From NCBI GenBank assembly GCA_044892525.1, contig CM097885.1, forward strand, positions 20,462,001-20,526,000: a DNA stretch of 64,000 nucleotides, written 5' to 3'. Below are positions 51,234 through 64,000 of this stretch, piece by piece. Each line of letters opens with the position of its first letter. The stretch's first letter is position 1. The position numbers and the translations under genes are program-made. Below the pieces are notes generated by a model, which was not told where the DNA came from, searched no databases, and saw nothing but the letters and a program-made list of their open reading frames with translations. The stretch is from Schmidtea polychroa. Taxonomy: Eukaryota.

Positions 51234-51466
51234 GGAAGTTTTATGATGAAGAAATTTTTAAATTGAAAATTTTAAAAATTAAATTTTAGATTAATTTTTA
51301 AAAAAAAAATAAGAAGATATTTTAATTAAAAATATCTTCGTAGAAAATTTGTTTAAATAAGAAAGTTTTAAGAAGATATAATTTGATACTGATATTTACT
51401 GAAATAAAATTTATGGAAGCAAAAATTGATTTTAATGTTTTACAGGATGAACATCCTAATAATGAG

Positions 51467-51769
51467 AATTGCTTCTTTGATTCTGACATTTTTCTTTCGG
51501 ATGTTTCCATTAGTTTCCATGAAATATTCGATTGAAATATTTTTTCTTTCCTCTGTTGGCTGACACTGCCTGAGATTTCTGCCCAACGAGGAGGTTCCAT
51601 CAGGATCCAGGTGTTCTTCAACTCTTTGGTGCAAGGTCCTGAGTGTAATTCCAATGTAGATTTCATTGCATACATTGCACGTGACGCAATAGAATATGTT
51701 TTTTCTAAAGCACATATAATTCGGTGTATGACAGTTTTTCATTTTGCACAAATTTTTATTTTTTGTCAT
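51467..51769 (-). pseudogene. Second GIY-YIG endonuclease copy, split by the outer Gypsy
   Basis: Near-identical to 41171..41480; its continuation is 41808-41756. Confidence 0.8.
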
Positions 51770-52070
51770 TTTGAAATTTTTTATGGTATTTATTTTATTT
51801 CATTTTAATTTTAATTTGCAATAAAATTTTTAAAATTTTTAATAAATAAATAAATAACGAATAATATTTAGAACCAATGAGAATTAAGAGAAAGGAATAA
51901 AAGAAAGATTGAAAGGTATTTTCGGGAAGAACATTGCTAAATTCCAGGAGATTGACAAGGACTATCTTATAGTCGAAAATATTTTCATTAAATACATTAT
52001 TTGCAGCAAAAGGCTTAAATTATCATTTTATTGTTTTAAATAATAAATGCTGCTTCCAAGAAATCATCAC

Positions 52071-52154
<84 letters not shown>

Positions 52155-55100
52155 ATATAATTTTTGGCTTTTTATTTTAATTGAACTCTTTTAATTTGTA
52201 TTTTTATTCTTCTGATATAGTTTTTTATAAGTTTTATAAATTAAGCCTTATTTGTGTAATCTAGTGGTTGTATACGTTAGTGTATTAAAAAAAATTATTT
52301 TTATTCAATTTCTTTTTTGATTTGATTTTTATCATTTTTAATGGCGATTTATTATTATTTAATATTTAATTTATTATATTATATTTTATTTTCTTTATTA
52401 TTATTTTCTTTATTATATTTTCTTTATTATTTTATCATTTACGACATGTTGGATTTCGCATATTTCGTCTTGAATTTCCTATTTGATTTTAATTATTGTT
52501 GTGTAAATTTTATTTTTTATTTTTTCTAATCTTATTTTCCATTATTTTAATAAATATTTTATTTCTGATTTTGATTTTTAATTTCATATTGAATTTCAAT
52601 TTGTATTAATTGTGTTATTTATTTTTGTTATGGTTGTGTTTATTTCTTGCAATATTTCTTGCATTTGTTATTTATTTTTAATTTACTTTTGTATTTAGAT
52701 GTTGGTATTTTGTCGGTTCATGTAACAGTGTGTAATGTTTTTTTGCGTTTCGAGTTGACTCGACTTATAGTTGTTTTTGCTTATTAAATTCTGGCGAGCT
52801 GTTAATCAAAATCTTTATTTAATTTGGGACAAAATCAGTTTTGCCAAATATTATCTAGAACCTAATTTTCTTTGTGATCATATATATTTTTTTAGATAAA
52901 TTTACAAAATTTGAGTTTAAAATATTTCATGTTAAAAAATCTCAGATCATTAAATCATGTTCATATTTTTTCAAATACCAAATCAAAAGGATTTTTGCTA
53001 GCTAAGTGGGTTGGTGTTGTAGTGACCATTGTCTTCCTATGAAATATTGACTTTTTATTTTAAAGAGCAATGTGACATTCGATATAATTTCTAATAATAG
53101 ACTAGTTTTGAGATTATTTAGCTCTCGCCTGTACAAAATGTGAAACTTAATTCCACAATTGATCGAATCAAATAACTTTGCTATTTCACCATTCCATAGT
53201 AGAACTACTTATTCAAAAATTAAACCATTTTAATTTATTTTATTTCGTATTTACTATGAAAATATTGTCATTAACACAGTTTAAATACTTACATTTTGTT
53301 GAGTTATTGGGTGATAATATTTGTAAAGTTAAAATTCTTACCCTGACTCCAACCGTGTCTTTGACTGACCCACAAAATACAATTGACAACCGAAATCTTT
53401 TTTTCACTTCACGAAATCTAATTTTCACTTTACACTGACAATCAATTCAACATTCTGATCGGTGATCATACAATGCTTATTGCAACACTTAGTGAGGAAT
53501 AGCACTCGTGTACAACACCGGATTGAAAGTCCACTAACTACTGATTTGTTTATTGACTGAGACTTTAAGTTGGTTGTTTTCTTTGACCTTCTTCAACAAC
53601 TTTATTCAAATATTAAAATAACTTCTTTTCGTTTATTTCTTAACTAGTTCTTTTAAGCAAATCTTCTACAATTCTTCACAATTATTTTTTCCAAATAATT
53701 CTTCACAAATCGTTTTCCAGTAAAGTTTTGTCTGATTTTGACTAATTTGTTGTCTCGGTTTCTTTCTCTATTTTGTGTCCGACAGTTCCTCTTTATATAG
53801 CTTGTTTCATTTGTGGCACTAGAGATAATCAAATGTTTTCCACTTTTCTTTCTCCCGTATCTCCCGACTGTTCTCATTTTATCTCTTTTTTATTAGGCCG
53901 GCTTTTATCGGCAATTCTGATATCTCTGACAAGCTGTGAAGATATTCCTTTTTCTTATTGTTTTGTTTTCAGAATTTCTGCTTTTTTCCTTTGTACTAAT
54001 TAATTAATAATGACCTGTGTTTTGCTTTCTAGTTTGTTTTCTTATGTTTGGTTTTTTTTTTCATTTTCCACTTCTTGTTACTTTCGTTTCCTTCTCCGAG
54101 TTCCACTAAATCGTACCGTTTTTCATGACGATTTTCCCCCAGTTAATTTACTATTTATTATATTATTTGTTATGTAGGTATCCTCAACAATTTTTGAGTT
54201 CAATTATTTACAATTCTTTACCATTTATTTTATTTGATTTACTTGTAAATTATCTGTAAAAAATGTAATTATCTTTATAAAAATGAGGGTAGGGTTTACA
54301 AAAATGACTAAAATTATATTTATAGAGTAGATTTTTAAAGGAATGTAAAAATAAAATATGCCCGTGATTATTTTTGTCCATGGCATAGTAGTCGGTGAAT
54401 GTAATAAAAAAATAACTGTAATATTCATAGATTAAAAATAAAATGCATAATGAGAAAGAATTGAATATTAAATTACTAAATTAGAAATAAATTAGAAATT
54501 TGAATAAACATTTTTTACGATTTCTGAAAAATAAATGAGATTTTAAATTTGGGTAATGTTTTTAATTTCAAACACGAAAATAATAAATTAATGGATAATA
54601 AATTAAGGGTAAATATTTATTAATACATATATTTTTATTCCTTTGAAATTTATAACATTAAAAAATACAGTTTTAAAATTTCATAATTATTATCATTTAA
54701 TTGAAAAGTTAGTTCAAAAATATTTATAAATTAAAATTAATTAAAAATATTTATGAAAAGTAATTGTTTTAATGTTTAATTCCCATATTAAATTTTATAG
54801 AGTTAAATAATTATATAAGACCAACTAAACATTTCCAAGTATTTATCAGTTGTTTTAATATGGCAAATGATTTTTATTTTATAGTTCCTAGCGCTTGCCG
54901 TTAGGGACCCTAAAAATATTAATATAATACAAAATGCGAATGGGAAACTTTTCCATATATTTAAATGTTATATTATATTTGTCATATTAAAAACAAATAC
55001 CTAAATAGTTAAAATAACTGATAAATAACTCATGTACGTGAGAATTTATAAGTTGGAACGATCTGCCACAATCGCAAAAATTACTATCTGTCAATTATTG

Positions 55101-55895
55101 CAAAATATGTGAGTCGATTTATACATTTTTTTCTATTTCTCTAAAAATAAATTTTTAAATATTTTATTTATATCGTAATTATAAATATATGATCAAATAA
55201 AGAATTAGAAAGTTTATTATTTTAAATGTAAAATTTTCTTGGAATTTATTAAAGAAAAATTAAAAAAATATTAAACACATTTCAAACAAAAAATTTTGGG
55301 AAAATGTTTAGCAGAAATTATTAATTAATTAAACAAAAAAAATTACCAAATTCATTATTCATTTCTCTGGGAGAACTGTAATTAATGGAATTTCTTATTT
55401 CTATTAAAGTTTTATTTATTTTTTCAAATTGTAATGAAAATGCAGTTTTCTTTTATATTCATAGGAATTATGAATTATATATTTTTTGTTTTACTGAAGA
55501 TATAATTTTTCATATTTTATTTTTATTGTTATAATTAATTACACATTGTGGAGGAGTGATCAAATTTCGGGTCTGATTGTATAGTCATTTGTATGTACAA
55601 TTCTAGGTCAGGTCGAGTTTTAACCGCGGTAAAGATGAAAGCCAAATAAATTTGATATTACTCTGTCATTAGAAATTGCATTGAATATCACATTGAAAAC
55701 TTTATTTTAAACAGTCAATTATTGAAAATCTAAACCCAAAGTTATTATCAAGTTATTTTGAATAAAATATGGATAATGTTTTAAGTATTTTATTATTCAG
55801 GCGTCAACTGAAACAAAATTGGCCCCATTTTATGAGTTTTAAGGTGTAGTTCTTTTGAAATAACTAAAAAGTTATATAAAATAAATAAAACTCAC

Positions 55896-56392
55896 ATATT
55901 ATCAGTACAAAAGTGGGATATCATTAAGATATTAAATGCCATTGCAATATCCGCTTCTGTTCGACAAGTTTCCTCTGGTCCGATTATCGCCCAAACCTTT
56001 TTCTCCACCGACATTTTGGCAACAGCTTGTATTGAATTGTTCATTTCCCCATAAGTCTCAACAAAATGAACACTGATTTGATAGGTTGATGGTAATAAGG
56101 ATTCTTTGCTATTATTTTGTGCCCAAGTGTTAATTTTGTTGACTGCGTAGGTTAGAGCACCCGAGATATGTCTTCCATGCCGTTTATAGTTGCGGATTTC
56201 TATGTCTGGCGGATATTCGGTCCCCGCTACGTAACCGATTATAATTATTGTCTGATTGCGATTGCGTTTTACATTCAAAGTTTCATCCAATTCTGATTGA
56301 GAATACCGCAGAGGATTTGTTTGTTGAAATAAATCCAAGAAAGTTATCAAAATCTGAACCAACGTCGGATACGTTAAACGTTGGCTAAGCAT
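55896..56392 (-). CDS. First coding exon of a receptor-type guanylyl cyclase / ANF-receptor-family protein
   Basis: GRHISGALTYAVNKIN...LLP...ETYG...AIIGPEETC..EA..A.AFN..MISHFC matches the extracellular ligand-binding domain pattern; GTGAG donor at 55895. Later exons were not identified. Confidence 0.8.
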
Positions 56393-56645
56393 TTCTGGTC
56401 ATTGTGAATCAAGCTTTGATTGCGTAGATCTATCGAAATCTGTCGAAGTTATATAAAAATAAATTTTGCAATTCATCATTGGATAATATTAATATATGTG
56501 TGTGTGTATAATTATATTTTTCTATATTGTTACATCTATTGGATAATTGTAAATATTATCTTGTAGATTTATTTATATAGTACTACTATTAATAATACTA
56601 ATAATGAAAATAATAATAATTATTATTATTATATAATTATTATAA

Positions 56646-56724
<79 letters not shown>

Positions 56725-59700
56725 TGTTAAATTTAATTTGTTGTTTATAATAATCTTATTTTATTTAAATTATTATGTTCCAAAATTAATAAATAAAAGT
56801 CAGCAAAATATTTTATCTGATGAAAATATTAGTAACAATAGGAAGTGAAATTCTTTTATCCATTATTTTCTAGTTGTTACTTATTTTTACTTATATTTAA
56901 TTTTCGTTTTCAGAATTAATAGAAAATAAAAGTTTTCTAATTTTCTGAAAATTTCAATGATTAAGGATAATCACAAAACTATTATTTTATTTATTATCTT
57001 TATTGAAAATTCCAGGGAAGTGTCATATTTTAAAGCATTGATGTTAATAAAGTTGATCCTTATTTATCAATCGTTTATTTTTAGTCTATTGTAAATAAAT
57101 AAAATTAGTTCAAACACGATCAATTCAGTCAGCAAAGTGATCTAGAAAATATGAGGATTTTGTCTTAACTTGTTCGTTTGTAGTTTGTGATCATTTGTCT
57201 CTTTATGATTAAGAATTTGCTCGATTATAGCTTTCAATATTGCTGTGGTCGTCTGTTAAGTTTCCTATTCGGGGAATATTTGAATAGAAATCATAAAATT
57301 TCAAGTTCAAAAATATAGCTTTTTTAATTCTTCCTGATGACTTGAAATAAATATCTCAGAAATCCGAATCCAAAATTTTAACAGTTTAATTTTTTTTTTG
57401 ATTTTGTATATCATACAAAAAAGCAATTATCATCTATTCCACATATATATTTTTTAATATAATATGCTCATTCACGCCTAAATATAACAACGTACATACA
57501 GCAATTTCATCGACCGTTATTTTTGCATACTGACAATACTGATTATCGATGTTTGACAGCTACTTCAAAGGGGCCTGTGGGGCATATGACTTTTGAAAAT
57601 ACTACGATTGGGCATGGTATTAAGAAGGTTGATAAACACTTACTTAAGGGTTGAGTTTTGCAAATAAACATGAAATCCTTTTAAACGTTTCTTTAAAATA
57701 AACCACCTTGATGTTATTCATTTTTTCTGGTGTTTTTGATGTAGAAATTAAAGTTCAGGTATTTTTTTACGTTTATTATTTGAAAATTTCTTATTATTTT
57801 GTATATAATAATATTTCTTGGCGCCTGCGCGTTATATTTGCTTTAATGCACGTTTTTGACACTCGTCTTTTAATGTGTCCATTATAGTTTGACTATTTTA
57901 GTCGGAAATTGAGAAATGTACATATGTAATTACGGTAACTACTTCATTACTTTACCTTCATAAAAAATATAAAATATTTTTGAATTTATTTTTGAGTTTC
58001 TGTGTTAAATTTTGTATTTTGATTACTCTGAATTTAATTCTTTGTATCTTTTACAATAATTTATATTTATTATATTCATTTAATTTTCGATTATACATCA
58101 ATGTTTACTATTTGTTATATAGAAAACATTAACCTACAGTCAAAAGCTAAAATACGATACATGTGTAATGTTAAAATTGCATAAACTTTTCTGCATTTAA
58201 TTTTAAATTACATCAAAAGTGATATTGTTAATTATTTATAATAATTATAATGAATATCGCTAGAAAAAATGTTTAAATTGTTTTAATCGTATTATTTAGA
58301 TTTAAATTAATTTCATTAATGATTTTATTTAATCCTGAATTTATTGTTTATTTTCATTCATTTATATTTGCAAACGTTTAAAATTAATGATGAAGCAATT
58401 ATCTAAAAATATTTAACTTGTGAATCGAATAAAAACAAATAATGTTGAGAATAACAATTTAAAAGTTTCGAAAATACAATTTTGCATTTTAAAAATGAAA
58501 TCCGGATTTAAAAAAATGAAAAAATTCAACTCAATTAAAAAACAAATTCAATAGAAAAGAATATGTACATTAATTAAGCACTTATATCCATTTCCGTTTA
58601 AAGTGCTCATCAATGTCAAAGTCTCAATTGGCTGCCTAGAGGGAATTTATTTTTTTTATACTTCTCAAGTAGTCCTAATGGTTGATATTAAACCAAATTA
58701 GTTATTATTATAATTGAACTCCATTTAAAGAGAAAACTTTATTAACTTTAACATAAATGTAATTTTTTTATTAGTCTGACTTAAATTATTTAATGAGAAT
58801 TTTTGTTTTAATAATTGCTGTTTGCAATGTTATTTTAAACGAATTCATAATTTCCATCTATCTGATTATTCAAAAAATACATCAAACAATTGAGGCTAAT
58901 CCTAATGCATTGAAATAAATAAAATACCTTATGGGGTCGGTCCGTTGAGTTACAATTAAAAATATTTTTATTTTTTTTTAAATATATTGTTCAGTAATTA
59001 AACAATTATTCAACAGTTAATTATTCCTACAATGCGCTATTTTTTAATTGTTAGATAATAAAATGATTTAACTAGAAAGTATGAGAATTATAAATTTGAA
59101 TACTTTTTCGTTTTAACTATTGACACGACCACAAATCTCAGTTGAAAAAAATTAAAATTTTCATAAATTTTAATAATTTTTTTGTTACAAACTTTAGCTA
59201 TGAGATTTGTTATTGAAGTCCATAATATTAAACGTTTTCGATTATGGATGAGTTTACATTTGGGCTCGAATCCGACTAGGACTTGGCGAGTTTTCAAAAT
59301 TCATGACTCGTATTTTCCGAATCCTTAAAACCCGAGTTTTCAGAAACCCTATGAATTTTTCCGAAAGCATTCGAAATATAATAAAACATATGCATTAGTT
59401 AATATTAAAACAAATTTGATATCTATCATGAAAAACATTATTAATTTTTCTGACATATTTCATTTTATATAATTCGTTATGCTTATATTAAAATTTTCAG
59501 AAAATGGGTTCAGAAAGCATAAAGATAGTGAATAAATAATGAATATATTAGAGAAAAAAATAAAGATTTGATGAAAATGGCTCCAGATTGCGTTTTTTCA
59601 AAATGATAATCTCAAGCATTTTGTTTATCCTAGCTCTTTTACGTGTCAAAAATTGTTATTTGAATACATAAAATTTTTATTTCCTTATAATTCACTGAAA

Positions 59701-61809
59701 ATGGTGAAAATAAATTGTAAAAAAATTAATCTGAAGCAAAAAACGTTGAAAGATTTGTGTGAAAAACAATTAATTGGATAAATTCAATTAAGCCTGTTGT
59801 TTTAATGACAAAAAGACAATATTTAGTTAATTGCCATTATGGAGGACAATATTGAACAACTGGTTTATTTTTAATAGTTATTATCAGTTGCAATAACATT
59901 ACAATCAGTAAATTATAAACTCATAATAATTAAATTTTTTCATCAATTTTAGGTAATAAAACAAATTTCCCAATTCTTAAAATCCAATATTATCGAACAT
60001 ATATGATTTATTTTACGCAAAAAAAATTAAGCAAACTATTTTTAAAATAATCTTTTCATAAAAACCCCCATTTTGAAATTTAACATTTTTGAAATTTTAG
60101 TAAGCTCTTCAACCTTTTCTCATTGCACTTTTAAAATTACACTTTAAATAATCGAATGCTTCTTTTAAATTTTTCATATTTTGCATATTGCCTATTCTAA
60201 TTTTTTTAATCTTTATTTTCAAGAATAAAATGTTTTAATTAAATTGAATTTCTTGTTTTATTAATTAGTTTGAAATTGTAAAATATTTTAAATGTAAATA
60301 AATGTAAAAAGTAAATATGAAACCCATATTTTAAATTTTAAATATTATGTTAAATAAAAACAATTTCAGTTTTAGAGACCAATCAGATTGGAGAGAAATT
60401 GAAAAGGGCAAAGCCAAGGCGTTTCGTAAAATTAAGTTTTTTTATCCTTAGTCCAAATGAAAATAGGTGAAATATTATCAAAAAAAGAAAACAGATCAAA
60501 GGTAAATAAAAAAATGAAAGATTTTATTGATGGAGTAGCTAACATATAATTTTGTTTCAATAAGATAATTTTTTAAATGTTATGTTTTTAGTTGTAATCT
60601 TATTTGCATAGAAAAGTACTTGACTAAAATAGGGGAAAATTAGATACAACAGTAATTGTTGTTACTTTGACATGTGATATGAGATAACAGGCCTGTTATT
60701 TGTTTACCTGCATGAAAATATCAACTAAATAAACAAATATGACTTTTTTTGATTATATTTTTTGTTTGATTTATAAGGTACACTTGTAAATATCGAAAAG
60801 GAAGTTGTGATAATGAAGGATTTTATTCTACACAATTACTTACAGAATATACTTGTTAGTATTTCATTTATAGTTATTTCTTTTTTAGAACTATCGATTG
60901 GAGTTTTTTTTATATTTAATATGAATTTTCTGCACTCCTTTTTATATAGACGCTGAAAATCCATGTTATGGAAAGAGTCCACCGAAAGGTTAAAAAGACA
61001 GTGGTGTAAACTCTTGTACAACATTTGACGTGCAAACTGTTTTTACGTAGAATTAGTTCCAGGAATTGCAAATCACATCACGTTTGGTAATACTTATTTG
61101 AATTACGAACTTAAACATAAATATAAAGTAGGCGATTATTACCCCATTTATTAAAGATGGATTGGACTTTCCATTGCCTAGAAAATAAATTTATGACAGC
61201 AGTAAAGAAAGTTTTTCAGTAAAAGTAAGTTTCAATTTCTAATAAAAGAATTGAGGAGATCAAATCAAGTACAAAAGATCATCTAATAAGATATAGAATG
61301 ACATTCGAGTTTGAATTTGGCAAAGGTATGATTGAAATAAATTCCTTAAATAAAATGATTTTAAAATTTTATTAAAAAATTTCGATAATTATTAGGAACG
61401 CATAATTTGTGGGGCGTGGTTGATAAAGTCATTGAATCCTAAAATTAATGTGCAGAATCCAGTGAATAATTGTGTTTTAAATATTTTTAAACAATTTTTT
61501 TGTATATTGTATGTGTTGATTGTGGTTTGGTAAATTAAATAATTAATAAAATTTTTTAAATTATTAAATTAAATTTTGAATGCTGAAATTTTAAAAAATA
61601 ATACATTGTTTTAATTATAATTTTTAAAAAGAATGAAATGTTTTTATTAAATAAAAATTTTTTTATATAATTAATAAAATTAATAAATTTGTTTAAAATA
61701 CTTAATTTATATAGTTATTATATCCTACCTGGTGATGACAGGAAAAGAATGTTTGATTGGCGTTTACCTTTTAATTAAATCATTGTCATGCATGTTTAAC
61801 TATTTATTC

Positions 61810-61878
<69 letters not shown>

Positions 61879-62460
61879 TAATAATAATAATCAATTAACA
61901 AATCATATCCCAAATCACTAAGGATGTCATTTATGTTATGACTCCTAATCTGACTACTGAAAATGAAGGCACGTATCCAAGGTTCTCCGAATATAATTTA
62001 AAAAATATTTCTAAAAATAAAAATTGAAAGAAAGTCAATGGTATAAAATTAAAATATAACATTTCTATAATTTGAAATAGTTTCTAAACTTTTCAATTTT
62101 AAATTATGAATTTATGGCATTTATGTTAGATTTATATCCAATAAAATTACAAATGATGGGGTAAAAAAGGGATTAGAAGCTCTAGTTGAACATTGTTTAT
62201 CTTTTTAATAGATAATTGAAAAGAACTTTTTCATAATTAAAAATTCTCAATTAACAAATTTACAGTAATTAATTATTTAATATGGGATTTGAGTGTAAAA
62301 TTATCCTTATATTCAGCTTCATTTTGCTGATCCCAGTATACTTCAGTTCTCTTCCATATGGAAATTGCAAATGTAAGCTGAAATGTGGAATCGCGATTTT
62401 TACCATATTCCTCCATTAACTTTTATTTCTTTCAATTTCACCACTGATTATTTTTTCTAT

Positions 62461-62619
62461 TGAATTTATTAAAAAGACAGTTTGAAGACAATAAATCAGT
62501 AATATATCGATGTTTGTTGATACTCACTTGAAAAAGGCAGTGTTGAAAATTCGCGGGTATCAACATACATCGATATATTACTGATTTATAGTCTTCAAAC
62601 TCTCTTTTTAATAAATTCA
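62461..62619. repeat. Long palindrome with 65-bp arms (foldback/MITE-like); decayed relative near 25045-25140
   Basis: TGAATTTATTAAAAAGACAG...GTTGATACTC pairs with GGGTATCAAC...TTAATAAATTCA with 4 mismatches. The loop CACTTGAAAAAGGC...GAAAATTCGCG recurs at ~25084. Confidence 0.85.
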
Positions 62620-64000
62620 TATTCCTCCAGCCTATATTGTAATTTTGAAATAAATTTGGTTTTAGTAACGTTATGTTTGATCAAACATTATTTGTGGATG
62701 TACAAAAATGAACCACTTTGAATGTGTAGACATATTAACTTTCCAAATAATGATTTGGACTCATATGATGATGGGACTGAATGAAACGGGTATCTTGCAG
62801 AATATGTCACTAGCAATCCAATTCCTCATTTTGCAAAAGTATTTTTATTTATTGTTGATGTGGAAGGGGCTGATAACTCATGATGTCTTGGATGACTTTC
62901 TATCAAATGACTTTTTTGAATCTGTTTATTTGCATTTGAAAAATGAAAAAAAAATCTCTTTTATTTTAAAAAAATAAGATTAAAAAATTTTTAAGGAAAT
63001 GTGAGTAAAATGAAATATTTTAATTTTAGAAGCTTTATTTTCTATATATTTTATTTGTCGAATTTTGCTAATAAATTGTAGACAATGATATTTACTACAA
63101 AGGATATTGATAAAAATAGATTAAAAACTTACAGTTTCAAAACGACACCCGCCGAGACTTCCTTATGAATTAACGAGTTTTCATTATTTTCACCGTCTAC
63201 ATCAAAAAGAAACTTTTTGTCATAAGAATATTTCACAATTGATTTATCTTTCACAATTACAAAAGTGAACTAATTTATCGGCAAATATGATCTGAATCAA
63301 TAGTTTTGTCGGGATTTTTATCTTTTCCGTGAGTCTAAAATTAGAAATTATCAATTAAAAATAATATTAGAGATAAGAATATTTATTTTTGCATGATTGT
63401 AAATGTAAATTATTCAAAGATTTCTATTAAATGTTATTTAATTAAAAATTACACAAAAAACTTGTTTCATCAAAATAAGTCATTGAAAATATTTTTTAAA
63501 TTTATAATACTTGCTCATTTTCAAAATTCCTTGAGATACGGGGTGTGCTAAATAAGTAGTGAGACTCTATAGAGGTAAATAAATGTACACCAATCACCAC
63601 TGTACATTCACCAGATACATTTTCATTAAATTGACTCACTAATTTAATAAATTTCATTTGTATAGAAATTTATCTTAGCCATTGTGGAAATGGCTTTCGG
63701 GTAAGATCTTTAATTTTATGTAAATTGCAAGACTTGAATTTTAATCCATATAGATATGAGATCATTATTCAAGTTCTTAAATATTACTTTTAGTCAACAA
63801 TTGTATTATAAATTATTTTTAATTATTGTATTATAAATTTCATAAAATTTATTTTTAAGTATTTTGGAATTATTTTGATATAATGTAAAGTCAGATATAT
63901 TTTTAATTATAATTAAATGAGTAAATCAATCGCCAAAAATATGTATTGTTATAAAACATTTCGGGAAAATTCGTCGAGTATGAATAAAATAATTTCTCAA

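Larger units (their letters stand above)
41809..51461 (+). mobile_element. Ty3/Gypsy LTR retrotransposon (outer, decayed)
   Basis: LTRs 41809-42038 and 51229-51461; TSD ATGAG (41804-41808, 51462-51466); PBS TGGTGGCAGCGGT at 42039; PPT AAGAAGGGGGA before 51229; domain order gag-PR-RT-RH-IN. Confidence 0.95.
40918..52155. mobile_element. Penelope-like GIY-YIG unit in inverted duplication, interrupted by Gypsy insertions
   Basis: Forward arm ~40930-41750; reverse arm 41756-41808 plus 51467-52071. A 21-bp direct repeat TATAATTTTTGGCTTTTTATT lies at 40897-40917 and 52156-52176. Confidence 0.75.

Noticed and set aside
53240..54150. Possible second exon of the guanylyl cyclase-like gene, or a non-LTR remnant
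   Set aside because: Splice-like signals exist, but the translations show no recognisable similarity.

Overview
AT-rich eukaryotic (probably invertebrate) genomic DNA with many (TTA/TAA)n microsatellites, dominated by nested mobile elements. Main contents: (1) a 12.6-kb Polinton/Maverick-type element (6114-18707, AG...CT ends, near-perfect 6-bp TSD) with a foldback layout. Its two ~4.9-kb inverted arms each carry a protein-primed family B DNA polymerase gene with the same in-frame TAA. The ~2.9-kb core between them holds a 144-bp hairpin-containing array and a four-exon gene for a very acidic 121-aa protein that the ORF track misses; no capsid, ATPase or integrase is seen. (2) An unclassified ~5.4-kb hairpin-ended insertion (1373-19340) that hosts it and carries two GC-rich orphan ORFs. 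(3) A second, decayed Polinton (26817-30219) with integrase, PLA2-like and HNH remnants. (4) Two related Ty3/Gypsy LTR elements nested one inside the other, inside an inverted GIY-YIG (Penelope-like) unit. (5) piggyBac, hAT and Helitron non-autonomous elements and a minimal hammerhead ribozyme motif. (6) One host exon from a receptor guanylyl cyclase-like gene. All calls come from manual reading; no searches were run.
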